DNA of 64,000 nt from Octopus sinensis (Eukaryota). Below, piece by piece: positions 13,984 through 27,623 of this stretch. The position numbers were made by a program, and so were the translations under genes. The notes beneath the pieces were generated by a model. That model was not told the DNA's origin. It did no database searches and worked only from the letters and a program-made list of their open reading frames with translations. The stretch's first letter is position 1. The number at the start of each line of letters is the position of its first letter. Where the stretch lies: NCBI RefSeq assembly GCF_006345805.1, contig NC_043006.1:17422001-17486000 (forward strand), read 5' to 3'.

Positions 13984-15070
13984 ATGTGTATATACATGTG
14001 TATTTGAAAAAGTAAAAGAATGACTTCAGTGGTAGTTCTAATAAATTTAACTTTTCAATAATATTTTAGAGTTTGTCTAAAAACCAAACTGTAAAATTAC
14101 ATTATTAGAAAATTAAATTTATTAGAACTACCACTGAAGTCATTTTTTACCTTTTTCAAACATACCTAACGGTACTATGAATTTCACACATTTTCCAATA
14201 TATTCGTGTGTGTGTGTGTGTATATACATATATACATGTACATATATATAAATGTACATATATATATACATACATACATACATATATATAATATATATAT
14301 ATATATAATATATAATATATATATATATATATATGTATGTATACATACGTGTGTGTGTGATATATCTGTACATATGCATACACACATAAATATGACGCCT
14401 AATTTTATGTTTTTTAATAATGGTTATGGTTATGGTTATCAACGGTAAAATATCCTTGCAATTTTATTTATTTTTTTTTTAACGAAGATAAATCTGCAAA
14501 ACCTCACAAATTATGTTATCAAAAATAATTGCGAAAATAAGGTCAGCTAAATTGAACTTTGAGTGTTCTTTGTTTGGAGGAGATGAAAGGAGGAAAAAAA
14601 AAAAAAAAAAAAATCTAAACACAAAGTCTTTCACACCTGATTCCAGCCATATTATCATATGAGTCTTCAAGACTGGTCTGAGATTTCAACTCCTCAGCAA
14701 ATTTTGTTAAATTCAACCCACCACGCCATCTCTTACTCCACCTTCTATTCCTCTTCCTTTCTCTACCTTTCCTTCACACACCCTCACACACATATACACA
14801 CTCCTACATGTACATATACACACACTCCTACGTACACACACATATTCATGCACAGATATACGGATATGTATTATACTACTCACTGACACACTGATATACA
14901 CATAACCGTTAAACTGAACTGGTTTTTGTTTTTTGCGCATAATTTTTTTTATTCATATAAATATTTTTGTCGTGTATATACCCAGATATTCCTTGATTGA
15001 TATACTTTCACTCTAGTCAACAGTTATAGTATATATATATACATATATATATCCACAACACATGCACACA

Positions 15071-15107
<37 letters not shown>

Positions 15108-15201
15108 CTCCCTATATATATATGTATTCATATACATTATGTACACACATGTACACCCCCACCGCACACACAACATATATATATGTGTGTGTGTTTATGT
15201 A

Positions 15202-15246
<45 letters not shown>

Positions 15247-15318
15247 GGACATATATATAGCTCCCTTATATATATGTATTCATATACATTATGTACACAC
15301 ATGTACACCCACCACCAC

Positions 15319-15372
<54 letters not shown>

Positions 15373-15793
15373 TATCCATTATTGCAGATTCCATCTTTTT
15401 CTTGTTTTTCTTTTACCCTTTTCTCCTTTTTACTTTTTTTTCTTTCTATATTTAAAGTTGATATTAAGGATGATGATGATGTTCATACTACTACTACTAC
15501 TGCTACTGCTGCTACTACTACTGCTACTGCTGCTAATGATGCTGTTGATTTCTTTATTTGTCACACAGATTAAGCCATCTCATGTTCATTAGACTCACAA
15601 ATATTTTGCAGATGTATATGTGAAGGTGCAGGGGTGGTTGTGTGGTAAGTAGCTTGCTTACCAACTACATGGTTCCGGGTTCTCATCCCACTGTATGACA
15701 CCTTGGGCAAGTGTCTTCTACTATAGCCTCAGACCAACCAAAGCCTTGTGAGTGAATTTAGTAGACGGAAAAAGAAAGAAGCCCATTGTGTGA

Positions 15794-15840
<47 letters not shown>

Positions 15841-17192
15841 TGTGTCTGTGTTTGCCTTCCCCCCACCATTCCATGACAACTGATGTTGGTGTGTTTACGT
15901 CCCCATAACTTCGCGGTTCAGCAAAAGAAACTGATAGAGTAGGTCCTAGGCTTATAAAGACTAAGTCCTGGGGTTCGTTTGTTCGACTAAAGGTGGTACT
16001 TCAGCATGGCCACAGCCAAATGTCTGAAACAAGTAAAAGAATAAAAATATAGAATATTTAAGAATATAATGAAATCACAAAAATGTATCTAAAAAGACTG
16101 TACTACAAATTGAAATATATTTATATAAACACAGTATGTGTGTATATGTGTGCATGTGCACGAGGGGATGTTGAAAAGTTCCTGGCTATAAAGGTATTGC
16201 AAAAGGGTTTGTTGGAAGCCCAACCTTCTGAGTTTTTTTACGGGGCTTAGAAAGACTGCAATAAGTGTGTGAATCAGAGAGGGGATTATGTTGAATGGGT
16301 AACTGATCCTATTGCAATTTCTTTTATCTGAAGTCAGGAACTTCCTCATATTAGTACGTGTGTGTGTATACCTCTTCATATTAGTATATGCGTGTATGTA
16401 TATAGGTGTAGGAGTGGCTGTGTGGTAAGTAGCTTGTTTACGAACCACATGGTTTCGAGTTCAGTCCCACTGCGTGGCACCTTGGGCAAGTGTCTTCTGC
16501 TATAGCCTCAGGCCGACCAAAGCCTTGTGAGCGGATTTGGAAGACGGAAACTGAAAGAAGCCCGTCGTATATATGAATATATACATATGTATGTGTGTGT
16601 ATATGTTTGTGGTTTGTGTGTCTGTGTTTGTCCTCCCCAACATCACTTGACAACCAATGCTGGTGTGTTTACGTCCCCCATAACTTAGCAGAGACCGATA
16701 GAATAAGCACTAGGCTTACAAGAATAAGTCCTGGGGTCGATTTGCTCGACTAAAGGCGGCACTCCAGCATGGCCACAGTCAAATGACTGAAACAGGTAAA
16801 AAGACTAAAGAGAGAGTAAGAGTATACATATATATATGTGTATATATACTTTTTATTTCCACTCCCCTATGAAAACATGTCCAGCTATGGATGGAAAATA
16901 GTATCTTGCTTGGATACATGTGAGGTGTTGATAACAGGAAGGTCATCTAACCAGGGAAAAATCTGTCACAACAAATTCTGTCTTTCCTGTGCAAGCATAG
17001 AAAAGTAGTTGTTGCAATGATGACAATGATAGGGATAATGATGTATATGACAGGCTTCTTTCAGTTTCCACATACAAAATCCACTTGCAAGACTGAACTT
17101 TGGTTGGAAGCAAACTTCTTATAAACATAGTCATATTTGCACTTTCTCTCTCTCTTTGTCTCTCTCTCTCTCTTTGTCTCTCTCTCTCTTTG

Positions 17193-17229
<37 letters not shown>

Positions 17230-17242
<13 letters not shown>

Positions 17243-17710
17243 CCTGGCTCATAAGGGCTGGTTTCCCGGTTTCCTTGGCATATAGGTTCCCCACCTGGAC
17301 GGGACACTGGTCTGTCACAGATGAGCTGCAAGATGCAGGAGGAAAGAGTGTTAGAAAGTTGTGGCAAAAGAGTTAGCAGGAGTTCGCCGTTACGTTCTGC
17401 CAGAGCTGCATGGAGCTTAGGTGTTTTGCTCATAAACACACACATCACCCGGTCTGAGATTCGAACCCGGGATTCCTCGACCGTGAGTCTGCTGCTCTAA
17501 CCACTAGGCCATGTGCCTCAGATGGTTTGACTGAGGACCGGCAAACCAGGATGCTACCCCAGGCTCTGGCAAGGTTTCTACAGCAGGATGCCTTTCCTAA
17601 TGCCAGCCACTCCAAGAGTGTAGTGGGTGCTTTTTATATTTCACCAGCATAGGGACCAGTCAGGCAGCACAGGCATTGACCACGCTCAAATGGTGCTTTT
17701 TACATGCCAC

Positions 17711-17758
<48 letters not shown>

Positions 17759-18244
17759 TATATATATGTGTGTGTGCCTGGCTCATAAGGGCTGGTTTCC
17801 CGGTTTCCTTGGCATATAGGTTCCCCACCTGGACGGGACACTGGTCTGTCACAGATGAGCTGCAAGATGCAGGAGGAAAGAGTGTTAGAAAGTTGTGGCA
17901 AAAGAGTTAGCAGGAGTTCGCCGTTACGTTCTGCCAGAGCTGCATGGAGCTTAGGTGTTTTGCTCATAAACACACACATCACCCGGTCTGAGATTCGAAC
18001 CCGGGATTCCTCGACCGTGAGTCTGCTGCTCTAACCACTAGGCCATGTGCCTCAGATGGTTTGACTGAGGACCGGCAAACCAGGATGCTACCCCAGGCTC
18101 TGGCAAGGTTTCTACAGCAGGATGCCTTTCCTAATGCCAGCCACTCCAAGAGTGTAGTGGGTGCTTTTTATATTTCACCAACATAGGGACCAGTCAGGCA
18201 GCACAGGCATTGACCACGCTCAAATGGTGCTTTTTACATGCCAC

Positions 18245-18275
<31 letters not shown>
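17230..18275. repeat. 534-bp tandem duplication (SINE B plus RTE fragment) joined in a (TA)n tract
   Basis: cctggctcataag at 17243 and 17777; the copies are near-identical. Confidence 0.95.
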
Positions 18276-18281
<6 letters not shown>

Positions 18282-19248
18282 CGCATCACGTGGTTCCTGG
18301 TTCAGTCCCACTGCATGGTACCTTGGGCAAATGCTTCTACTATAGTCCTGGTTTGACTAAAGCCTTGTGAGTTCATTTGGTAGATGGATCCTGAAAGAAA
18401 CTTGTTGCATGTATGTATATATCGATGTGTGTGCATCTTTGTACTTGTGCTTGTCCCCCACCACCATATGACAGCTGGTGTTGGTTTGTTTACATCCCTG
18501 TAACTTAGCAGTTGGCAAAACAGAACAAGGTGGTGTCCCACAGTGAGCTGGCAGAATCATTAGCATGCTAGTCAAGGCATTTCTTCTGGTTTTACATTCT
18601 GGGTTCAAGTTCTGCTGAGGTTGACTTTGCCTTCTGGGTTGACAAAATAGTACCAGTTGCACACTGAGGTTAATGTAGTCAACTAGCCTCTTCCCCATAA
18701 AATTTCAGGCCTTGTATCTATAGTAGAAATTATGTGTGTGTGTGTGTGTGTGTTTAAGTGTATTTCATCATCACCATCATCGCCGTTTAATGTCTGCTTT
18801 CCATGCTGGCATGGGTTGGACAGTTTGACTGAGGGCTGGCAAGCCAGAAGACTGCAGCAGGCTCCAATCTGTTCTGGCAAAGTTACTCATATATATAAGG
18901 ATATCTGAGACCCTCTTTGGTCATGACTGACCATGGGATTGCACTTAGAAAGTTTCCCTCCCAGGCACAAGTCCGGGATAGGTTGTTTATGGAAGACCAG
19001 CAGTCACCCATGCATACTGGCCTCCCCTCTACACGTCACCAGTGTTATCCAAGAGAAAGGCAAAGGTCGATACAGCTTGGCATCAGTGACATCACAACCC
19101 AGTTCTACACCTGAGTGAACTGGAGCAACGTGAAGTAAAGTGTCTTGCTCAAGAACACAACATGCAGCCCAGTCCGGGATTCGAGCTTACATCCTCACGA
19201 TTGTAAGCTCAACGCTCTAACCACTGAGCCATGCGCCTTCACATAAGG

Positions 19249-19282
<34 letters not shown>

Positions 19283-20120
19283 ATATATAAATATAAGGAT
19301 ATATATATACATAAGGATATATATATATATACATATATATATACACAGGCATGTATATATGCATATATGTACACACACACCCACACATATACATAGAGTT
19401 GTGTACATAAAATATATGTATGTGTGGGTGTGGGTGCTTGTAAATACAAAATTTATATCTGTGTGTGTGTGTGTCTATATGTATGTATAAATAAATATAT
19501 ATATGTATGTATGTATTTATTTATGTATGTATGTATGTATCATTTGTATATGCTATTATAGTTTATAGATGAAACTATCCATTAATTTCTAAGTATGTAT
19601 GTCAAGCCTGGTATACTTGTACATTTAAATAATTATGCTATTGAAATGTGTCTGTTGTAGTGATTATAGCATTAAATCTCTGCTACATTTTCATATATGT
19701 ATCCAAGCAAATATTTTTTCTTTCTATCTTTACACCCACTATAAAATCATTCATATACAACTGGATTTGATATCTACCCACATAGCTGCGTTACACTGAC
19801 TGATAATTAGTGACATATTATTGGATTTGATGACATTGATGTTACATCTACTAAAAAAACCGTTGTCATCCAATTTCACTAATAGCCCTCCATGATATAG
19901 AGAAGCAAATATTATGCTCTGGTCATCTTCACCATGCCCACCCTCACATTAGCCATTACTGGAATATGTTGGGATGCATGTGTGGGTATATTTGGGACTG
20001 GTCAGTGGAGAGAATACATTATACCCAAACTGTCCCTCCTGCACTTAGTGGGATTGACCACTGTGTGTTAGATTGCTCAAAGTGGTCTTCAGTCTAGTGG
20101 TAACATGGTATGACTAGACA

Positions 20121-20502
20121 GTGGAGGTGCAATGGCCCAGTGGTTAGGGCAGCGGACTCGCGGTTGTAGGATCGCGGTTTCGATTCCCAGACCGGGCGTT
20201 GTGAGTGTTTATTGAGCGAAAACACCTAAAGCTCCACGAGGCTCCGGCAGGGGGTGGTGGTGATCCCTGCTGTACTCTTTCACCACAACTTTCTCTCACT
20301 CTTACTTCCTGTTTCTGTTGTACCTGTATTTCAAAGGGCCGGCCTTGTCACTCTCTGTGTAACGCTGAATATCCCCGAGAACTACGTTAAAGGTACACGT
20401 GTCTGTGGAGTGCTCAGCCACTTACATGTTAATTTCATGAGCAGGCTGTTCCATTGATCGGATCAACCGGAACCCTTGTCGTCGTAATCGACGGAGTGCT
20501 TC
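20121..20502 (+). mobile_element. tRNA-headed SINE family B; minus copies at about 17243-17520 and 17777-18054
   Basis: tggcccagtggttagggcagcggactcgc...ggtttcgattccc (A and B boxes) with a shared body (gagcgaaaacacctaaagctccac). Confidence 0.8.
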
Positions 20503-20802
20503 CAAAATGACTAGACAGAAGGACCAGTGCATCAGGTCTTGTCGTTCAGACAGCTGCTTGCATGTCATAGGACTATCACCTGGGAGCTGTCATAGAGCAA
20601 TACAACAATAACAACAACAAATAGAGTCCAATAGTTATTATATCAGTCTCTTTTGCTGATATTTTGGTTGTCAAATGTTGGTGGTGGGGTGACAACTGTA
20701 AAAATTTTGTATAGACTTGAGGAGTAAATGTTGTAGATGGTAGATAAGATGTAGGGAAAGAGCAATAATACATATGAGCTGGGGTGCGTGTGCATGAGTA
20801 TG

Positions 20803-20862
<60 letters not shown>

Positions 20863-20932
20863 CAAAATGAGATAACAAAGCCAGGCTTGTGAGGAGTTTT
20901 CAGGACATTTATAAGGAAGAAGATACAGATAT

Positions 20933-20982
20933 AGTCTTACAGCTGTTTCTGGGATATCATGGATATTCCTCCATCAGAGACT
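20933..20982 (-). ncRNA. Degenerate hammerhead motif (A9 changed to G); half copy at about 48708-48737
   Basis: Minus strand: agtct-CUGAUGG-a-ggaatatc(cat)gatatccc-a-GAAA-cagctg-UA-agact. Perfect 5-bp stem I. Confidence 0.55.
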
Positions 20983-21003
20983 GTGTGAAATGCTTAAATA
21001 AAG

Positions 21004-21061
<58 letters not shown>

Positions 21062-21174
21062 AATATAAGAGAGTGGTCACTATATGGCTCACTCTAGCAC
21101 CAGTTAATCCAAAAGGTTTCAACCACAAAAATACTATTAAATTAGTATCTAATTCTCTCACCCTTATTAATTAA

Positions 21175-21219
<45 letters not shown>

Positions 21220-22009
21220 ATATACACACATGCATATCTGGGTACAGGATGTCACCAATGGTACAAATAACATGAAATGCATAAACAAAATGAGGGAAAA
21301 ATGAGTGAAATATGTGAACATATACATGTATATATGAGTTCCTTTCGAGCATTGGGCCTCATGGAGGCAATGACCAAGACCTTTGGCATTATGTCACGCT
21401 TGAGAAGAAAGCTCATTAAACCGAGCAAAATTGCAGTCGTGGCAGAAACCGGTGTCATGCAAATGGCACTCATGCCAGTGGCACACAAAAGCACATATTA
21501 CACTCCCAGAGTGGCTGGCATTATGAAGGGCATCCAGCTGTCAAAAACCATGCTAAATCAGACTGGATCCTGGCACAGCCTTCCAGTGTGCCAACCCAGT
21601 CAAACTATCCAACCCATGCCAACATAGACGTTAAATGGCGATGATGATGATGATGATGATGATAATGATATATAAACTACAAGATCGTCTGGTGGATGTT
21701 TCTTAGAGTATTCCAAATGAATTGTTTCTTCATGTTTGTTTCCTATTTATCTTAATTTATGTGGTGGAGTGGGTGTGGGGGGAGGTTATTAAAAATATTT
21801 TTTGAAACAAAATTTAGTTGAAGTTACAAATTACTTATCCAAATAATTAGTTAGTATAAGCAAATTATTTTTTTACACATGAAATTTAAAATTGAAAATT
21901 TTATTGATGAGCTATTATCTAAGTAAAAACAAAAAACGAAAAAAAAAAAACCTATTATTTCATTGAAATATATTTCACATTTATTATGAAACTATATAAA
22001 TCCATGCTG

Positions 22010-22058
22010 CTGGTGGTGGTGGCATAGGTTGCAGCAATGGTGGTGGTGGTGGTGGTGT

Positions 22059-22101
<43 letters not shown>

Positions 22102-22153
22102 TATGATGATAGTGGCGGTGGTGGTGGTAGAGGCAGCAATGACAACAGCGGCA

Positions 22154-22198
<45 letters not shown>

Positions 22199-22280
22199 AT
22201 GATGATAGTGGCGGTTGTGGTGGTAGAGGCAGCAATGACAACAGCGGCAGTGGTAGTAGTAGTAGTAGTAGTTATGATGT
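22010..22280. repeat. (GGT)n/(GTA)n trinucleotide array with an internal duplicated block
   Basis: Seen directly; it generates the poly-V and poly-Y/H ORFs. Confidence 0.95.
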
Positions 22281-22345
22281 AGTTTCATAACTGGAGGGTG
22301 TATCACCAGAAATAACCAACAAAGTTATTTCAAATCTATTTCAAG

Positions 22346-22396
22346 GAAATTATTAGAGAGATAGAAAAAGATACAATGGCTGGAGAACAATGGCTT
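22346..22396 (+). CDS. Putative exon 2 (EIIREIEKDTMAGEQWL)
   Basis: ctatttcaag| acceptor and |GTTAGT donor, 51 nt, phase 0-0, open frame that joins exon 1. Confidence 0.5.
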
Positions 22397-22745
22397 GTTA
22401 GTTTAAGTTGTCTACAAATTTCATTTTATTCAACATTATATTCCATTTTAATTTGTCTGTAAAATATGATGGAATAGAGAGCATGGCTAACCAGCAAGGA
22501 ATCCAGTAGTTTTTTTTTTTTTTTGTTTTTTCTTTATCTTGTTAATTGGATTTTTACAGTGTTAATTGCCGAACTCTATAACTCTCAAGTCTTTCACTTT
22601 AGTTTCCTCTAAGAACACTTTGTTGGTGTTTGCTACAGCTGCTAAAACTGACAAGTGTTTTATTATCTGAGCTAATGAGAGAACCTCTATGTGGCCCCAT
22701 GATCTGCAAGAAACTGCAGTCAAATCTCCCTAAAATCTTATTATA

Positions 22746-23757
22746 CAGTAATACCTCACTTTACGAGACCCCTGTTTATGAGTTTTATTTTTCAGCCTAT
22801 TTATAGTGCGCTGAAATTTTTCATCATCATCATCATCATCATTTAACGCCCGCTTTCCATGCTAGCATGGGTTGGACGGTTCAACTGGGGTCTGGGAAGC
22901 CCGAAGGCTGCACCAGGCCAGTCAGATCTGGCAGTGTTTCTACAGCTTGATGCCCTTCCTAACGCCAACCTCTCCGAGAGTGTAGTGGGTGATTTTATGT
23001 GCCACCGACACAGGTGCCAGACGAGGCTGGTGAACGGCCACGCTCGGATGGTGTTTTTTATGTGCCACCGACACAGGTGCCAGACGAGGCTGGCGAACGG
23101 CCACGCTCGGATGGTGTTTTTTATGTGCCACCGACACAGGTGCCAGACGAGGCTGGCGAACGGCCACGCTCGGATGGTGTTTTTTATGTGCCACCGACAC
23201 AGGTGCCAGACGAGGCTGGCGAACGGCCACGCTCGGATGGTGTTTTTTATGTGCCACCAACACAGGTGCCAGATCTAAATTTTGAATGAAGTGTAAAAGT
23301 TTCTACTACCATAACAAATACTTCTGCATGTTATCAAGAAATTTACAGAGAGTGAAAAAAGGCCTCTTCCGAAAGAACAACTCTAGACTTGTATTCTAAA
23401 AAGAAATCTACAGATCTGTCAATGAGTTCTTGTGAATCAGTGATCGCGTCTACAAGTGATGGTGTGCGCGAATCTAGTGTGAGTGAAAGTGATTCGGAAA
23501 ACGATTATAATGATATTTTTTATTATAAATTATCTTGACATTCTCTTTGCTTTACACAAAATAGTCTTTACATTCTACTTTTGTTTTATTGCCATTCATT
23601 TATGAGCATTATAAATTTTATAGGTAAAATATTTTTTCTGAGAACGAATTATGATTTATAAGATTGCTACTATGAGAAATTATTGCTCTGTGTTATGAGT
23701 TTTCACTTTATGAGCAGTCTCTGGGAACAAATTAACTCACATATTGAGGCATTGCTG
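22746..23757. mobile_element. Tigger/pogo-like non-autonomous DNA transposon with a nested RTE fragment
   Basis: TA|CAGTAATACCTCA at the left end and TGAGGCATTGCTG|TA at the right end (imperfect TIR, TA target). RTE 3' fragment at 22823-23273 lies inside. Confidence 0.6.
22993..23273. repeat. 63-bp tandem repeat, about 4.4 copies, within an RTE 3'UTR
   Basis: Unit ttttatgtgccaccgacacaggtgccagacgaggctggcgaacggccacgctcggatggtgtt, visible as a 21-aa periodicity in the ORF track. Confidence 0.95.
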
Positions 23758-25310
23758 TACTTTCTTAACACTTTAGCATCCAGATTAATTTATCAAATGT
23801 AATGCTTATTCATCCACATTTGTTGAAATTAATCATGGAGTATCTAATCTTGTGGCTTCAAGATTTTGAAAATGTGACTGTTTATTTTAAGAATGACATT
23901 GTAGGGTAGGTGTGAAAGGCTGGATCTGGCCAATTTCAAAAATAAAACAGGTAAAATTGTTGGGCCAAATATGGCCAGTTTAAATGCCAAAAGGTTAAAT
24001 TAAGGAAGGACATCCATTCAATAATGTAGTCCGAGATATCATTTATTTCTCTACACTACCAAACACAGACAGGGTGGACATGGTTGGAATGCTTTTCAAC
24101 ATAGGTTTGTTCAACCGAGTTTGACCCAGAGCTAAACAAAATCTCCATTTTAAAATTAGTTTGCAGTGGTGTTAAGTTTAAATCTTCTCTGGTTTTACTT
24201 AGCTGACTTTCTAAGAGACACTATAACCTTTGGTGCCAATGGATTATGTGACTTGTCATCATGGCCATGTGGTAAGAAGGTTGCTTCCCAACCACATGGT
24301 TCCAGGTTCAGTTCCACTGCTTCTGCATGGTACTTTGGGCAGGTGTCTTCTACTATAGCCCTGGGTTGACCAAAACATTGTGAGTGGATTTGGTAGAGAG
24401 AAACTGAAAGAAGCCCATCGTTTGTGTGTGTATGTTTGTGTTTATCCTTCCCACTACTTGACAACTGGTGTTAGTTTGTTTATGTCCATGTAACTTAGCA
24501 GTTCGACATGAGAGATCTAGAGAATAAGTACCAGGCTTTAAAAAATATTAAATCCTGGAGTTGATTCATTTAAGCTAAAACTCTTCAAGGTGGCGCCCCA
24601 GAATGGCCACAGTCCAATGACTGAAATAAGTAAGTGTGTGTGTATGTGTGTGTGTTTGTGTGTGTGTTTGTGTGTGTGTTTGTTTCTTTGTTCCCTCAGT
24701 ACTTGACAACTAGTGTTGGTTTGTTTACGTCCCCATAAGTTAGCAGTTCTACAAAATAAAAATGATTGAATAAGTACCAAACTTAAAAGTGAGTACTGGG
24801 GTCAATATGTTCTATTAAACCCTTCATGGCAGTGCCCCAGCATGGCTTCCATCCAATGGCTGAAACAAGTAAAAGACAAAAGACATTAAGGGGTCAATAG
24901 ATTAAACAAGTTTCATTATGAAATATGAAAAATCACTTCTGTAACCCAACAAGACATGCTCTGTTTTCAAACATCAAGTTATATCTACGAATAGTATTGA
25001 TTTACACCCAAGTCTACTGAATGAGAATGTGCTAATTTTTTTGTAGTCATTCTGTATTGTATTGTGTAGTACAAGTAATGAGATAAGAGCTGTTAAACTC
25101 TTCAACCATACCATAAATAAACTATCAAGAATATCACATTAAAATTGGTGCAGTCACTCTGTACAGTTTAGAAGCCCACTGCACAAACCATGTGGTTGTG
25201 AAACGAACACTTTAGCCACCACATGGTCATATCTCTGCCTACACACACACACATGCATGCATGTATAAATGTGTGTCTGTACACCATGCCAGCATAGAAG
25301 GTGGACTTAA

Positions 25311-25532
25311 CCCTTTCGTTACCAACCCGGCTGAGACCGGCTCTGATTCTTTAATACAAATGTCTTGTTTTCATAAGTTTTGAATTAAAATCTTCCACCA
25401 AACCTTAGTCACAATTTATGTTCCTAACTCCAGCTTAATGATAACTAAGTTATTTCACTAAATTCTTTGTTATATTTAAAATTAATTGAAAGAAACACAG
25501 AGCATCTCAAAATAAATACAGTAACAAAAGGG
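25311..25532. mobile_element. piggyBac-like TTAA MITE, family 1; fragments at about 27488-27610, 47850-47939 and 58540-58640
   Basis: TTAA|CCCTTTCGTTAC ... GTAACAAAAGGG|TTAA. Confidence 0.75.
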
Positions 25533-26537
25533 TTAAACAGTGATGATGATATATGCATATTTATATATATATATATATATATACATATAATGTACTCAGA
25601 AATATAGTTTTGAGCTGCTAATAGTTTCATGCATTGGATATATAATGTAGGCAAGTTTTTATGACACACCTTGTGTCTCCAAGCAATTTCCAGGTTCTGA
25701 GCATATGGCCTATGCAATTTGCAAATCTGGATGTTTGAACAAAAGAAATCACGGGTGTGAATTCATGTGAATTCATACATGACACTAGCACAGGTACCTT
25801 ATACATGGCATGTGTGCTTTATACATAGAACTGACACAAGTACTTTTCATGTGGCCCCAACACAGGTGCTTTATATGTGACCCCAGCACAGGTGCTTTTA
25901 TGTGGCCCTGAACAAGTGCTTTTCTTTGTAACACCATCATGAGTGCTCATCATGTGGCACTGACACAGGTGAGGTTTTCATCTGCTTTTAATTATTTGAA
26001 TTCTTCCTCTGAGGAAGTAACTGGTTGCTAACAAAGATAGATATAAAAAATAAAAAAAACACAAAAAAAAGAAGTTCACATTTTAAATTTTAGAAATGTC
26101 TTGCATATTTTGACTGTTACACCTGCAGGCTGTATTTGTAATGTGTGAGTCAGCTAGTTGATTTCTTTTTCTGAAAACCTTAGCATATCCAAATTGTCAC
26201 TTATCCATTTACTTGCAAAACCAGGTGCACCAATTGTTATTGGTATAAAGGTGAAATAATAATCTGTATAAAAAAGCTGGAGGTTTTGGAGTAACTGTCC
26301 ATAGTTATCCTATGTGTGTATGTATAGATGTGTATATCTTTTGCTGATGCATATTTGCAAAGTATATAATCATTGGGGAGAAAAACCATGAAAGTAGTGC
26401 TTTACAAACTAAGTCCCTTCAGATATTATTCCACATCAAGTTAATCTTTTGTCACTCTTTCTGTCAGAAATGAAAAATGAAATAAACTAATGATTTTCCC
26501 ATTGCAAACCTGTAACTAATGGCTCTACTGTCCACAG

Positions 26538-26569
26538 ATTCCATTACAAAGACAAAATAAGTATATCGG
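26538..26569 (+). CDS. Putative exon 3 (IPLQRQNKYI-G)
   Basis: ctactgtccacag| acceptor and |GTATGA donor, 32 nt, phase 0-2. Small, so other readings are possible. Confidence 0.4.
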
Positions 26570-27623
26570 GTATGAAAAAAAATCTACGCCAAATACAATT
26601 TAAAACTAAAACCAAGAAGATATTCAGGGTAGATTTTCATTCTCCATGAAATAATATAAACAGAAATATTTGGAAAATACTATGTACTTATTAGCCATGT
26701 AGTCTCTTTCTGTTACATAAAGGTAAATATATTTATTCATCTTGCCTGATGGTAGTTCTACCTTGTTTGACAACAATACATTGAAGAATTTATCTCTATA
26801 TGTAGATGTTCCTCTCATACTTTATGTTCCATCTGTACCTGTCGCTTTCATATAAATTGGTTATTGATATTGATATGTATCTGTAATTCTTCCCATCTAT
26901 GCTTACTCCTCTATTAATAATACAACAACTCTGAACTACATTAAATATTTATAACTTTCTGTTTGTGCAAGAAAGGAACTGTGAGGAACAATGTAGAAGA
27001 ATTTTGAACAGATGAAGATCACTTTAAAGATATTGTCAGTCTTAGAAATTTTAGTAGTGGCTAATCAATCATGCAAACAATTAGAATATGAATGTGTTTG
27101 ATGCTGTGTATTGAAGGACGGATTCTAGTCTTGACAAAAGAAATTTGGTGGTGTTATATTGCACAGCCTATGCTGCTATCAGTTGGGGTCTTTTTCATAG
27201 TTACTGAAGTAAAATATTTGAAATAACTGAAATTCTTAAGGGGACTATAAAAATGTAATATTATTCCCATGACCCTTTCCCAGAAAATAGTTGAGCCCTG
27301 TCTTCTTTATTGCTTATCAAAATGTTTGTTTTTACTAAGATTTACTTTAAAAATCTTCTGATTCTAGGCTTTGCTTCTATATTTGGTATTTATTTTCAAA
27401 TTCTTCAACAGATTTAGCTGTGAACTAACACAACAGCATATAGAATTACCATGGACAGCCAATCTCAACCCTTTTGATACCAATCCAACTGAGACCACTC
27501 CTGGTTCTATGATACAGATTTCCTGTTTGTATCTAAATTTAAACCTTCCATCAAAGTTTCATGTTAATTTGTTTCAAACAGCAGCTTAGTAATGTCAGTT
27601 ATTTTACTAAATTGTTCATTATA

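Noticed and set aside
20121-20195. tRNA-like sequences at SINE heads (also 36273, 43294 and the family A and D heads)
   Set aside because: They have A and B boxes but no complete cloverleaf or acceptor stem, and they continue into repeat bodies. They are not tRNA genes.
22993-23273. Regularly spaced repeats superficially like a CRISPR array
   Set aside because: The units are contiguous with no unique spacers, and the context is a eukaryotic retroelement.
22859-23289. Repetitive 21-aa peptide ORFs (MCHRHRCQTRLANGHARMVFF) that resemble a tandem-repeat protein
   Set aside because: This is the 63-bp repeat in an RTE 3'UTR, open in several frames on both strands. The same holds for ORFs at 5406, 30001-30595, 36985, 37988 and 63564.
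26663-26723. Alternative exon (IFGKYYVLISHVVSFCYIK) with aaacag| and |GTAAAT sites
   Set aside because: It needs a different frame for exon 3 and breaks the phase chain to exon 4. Kept only as an alternative.
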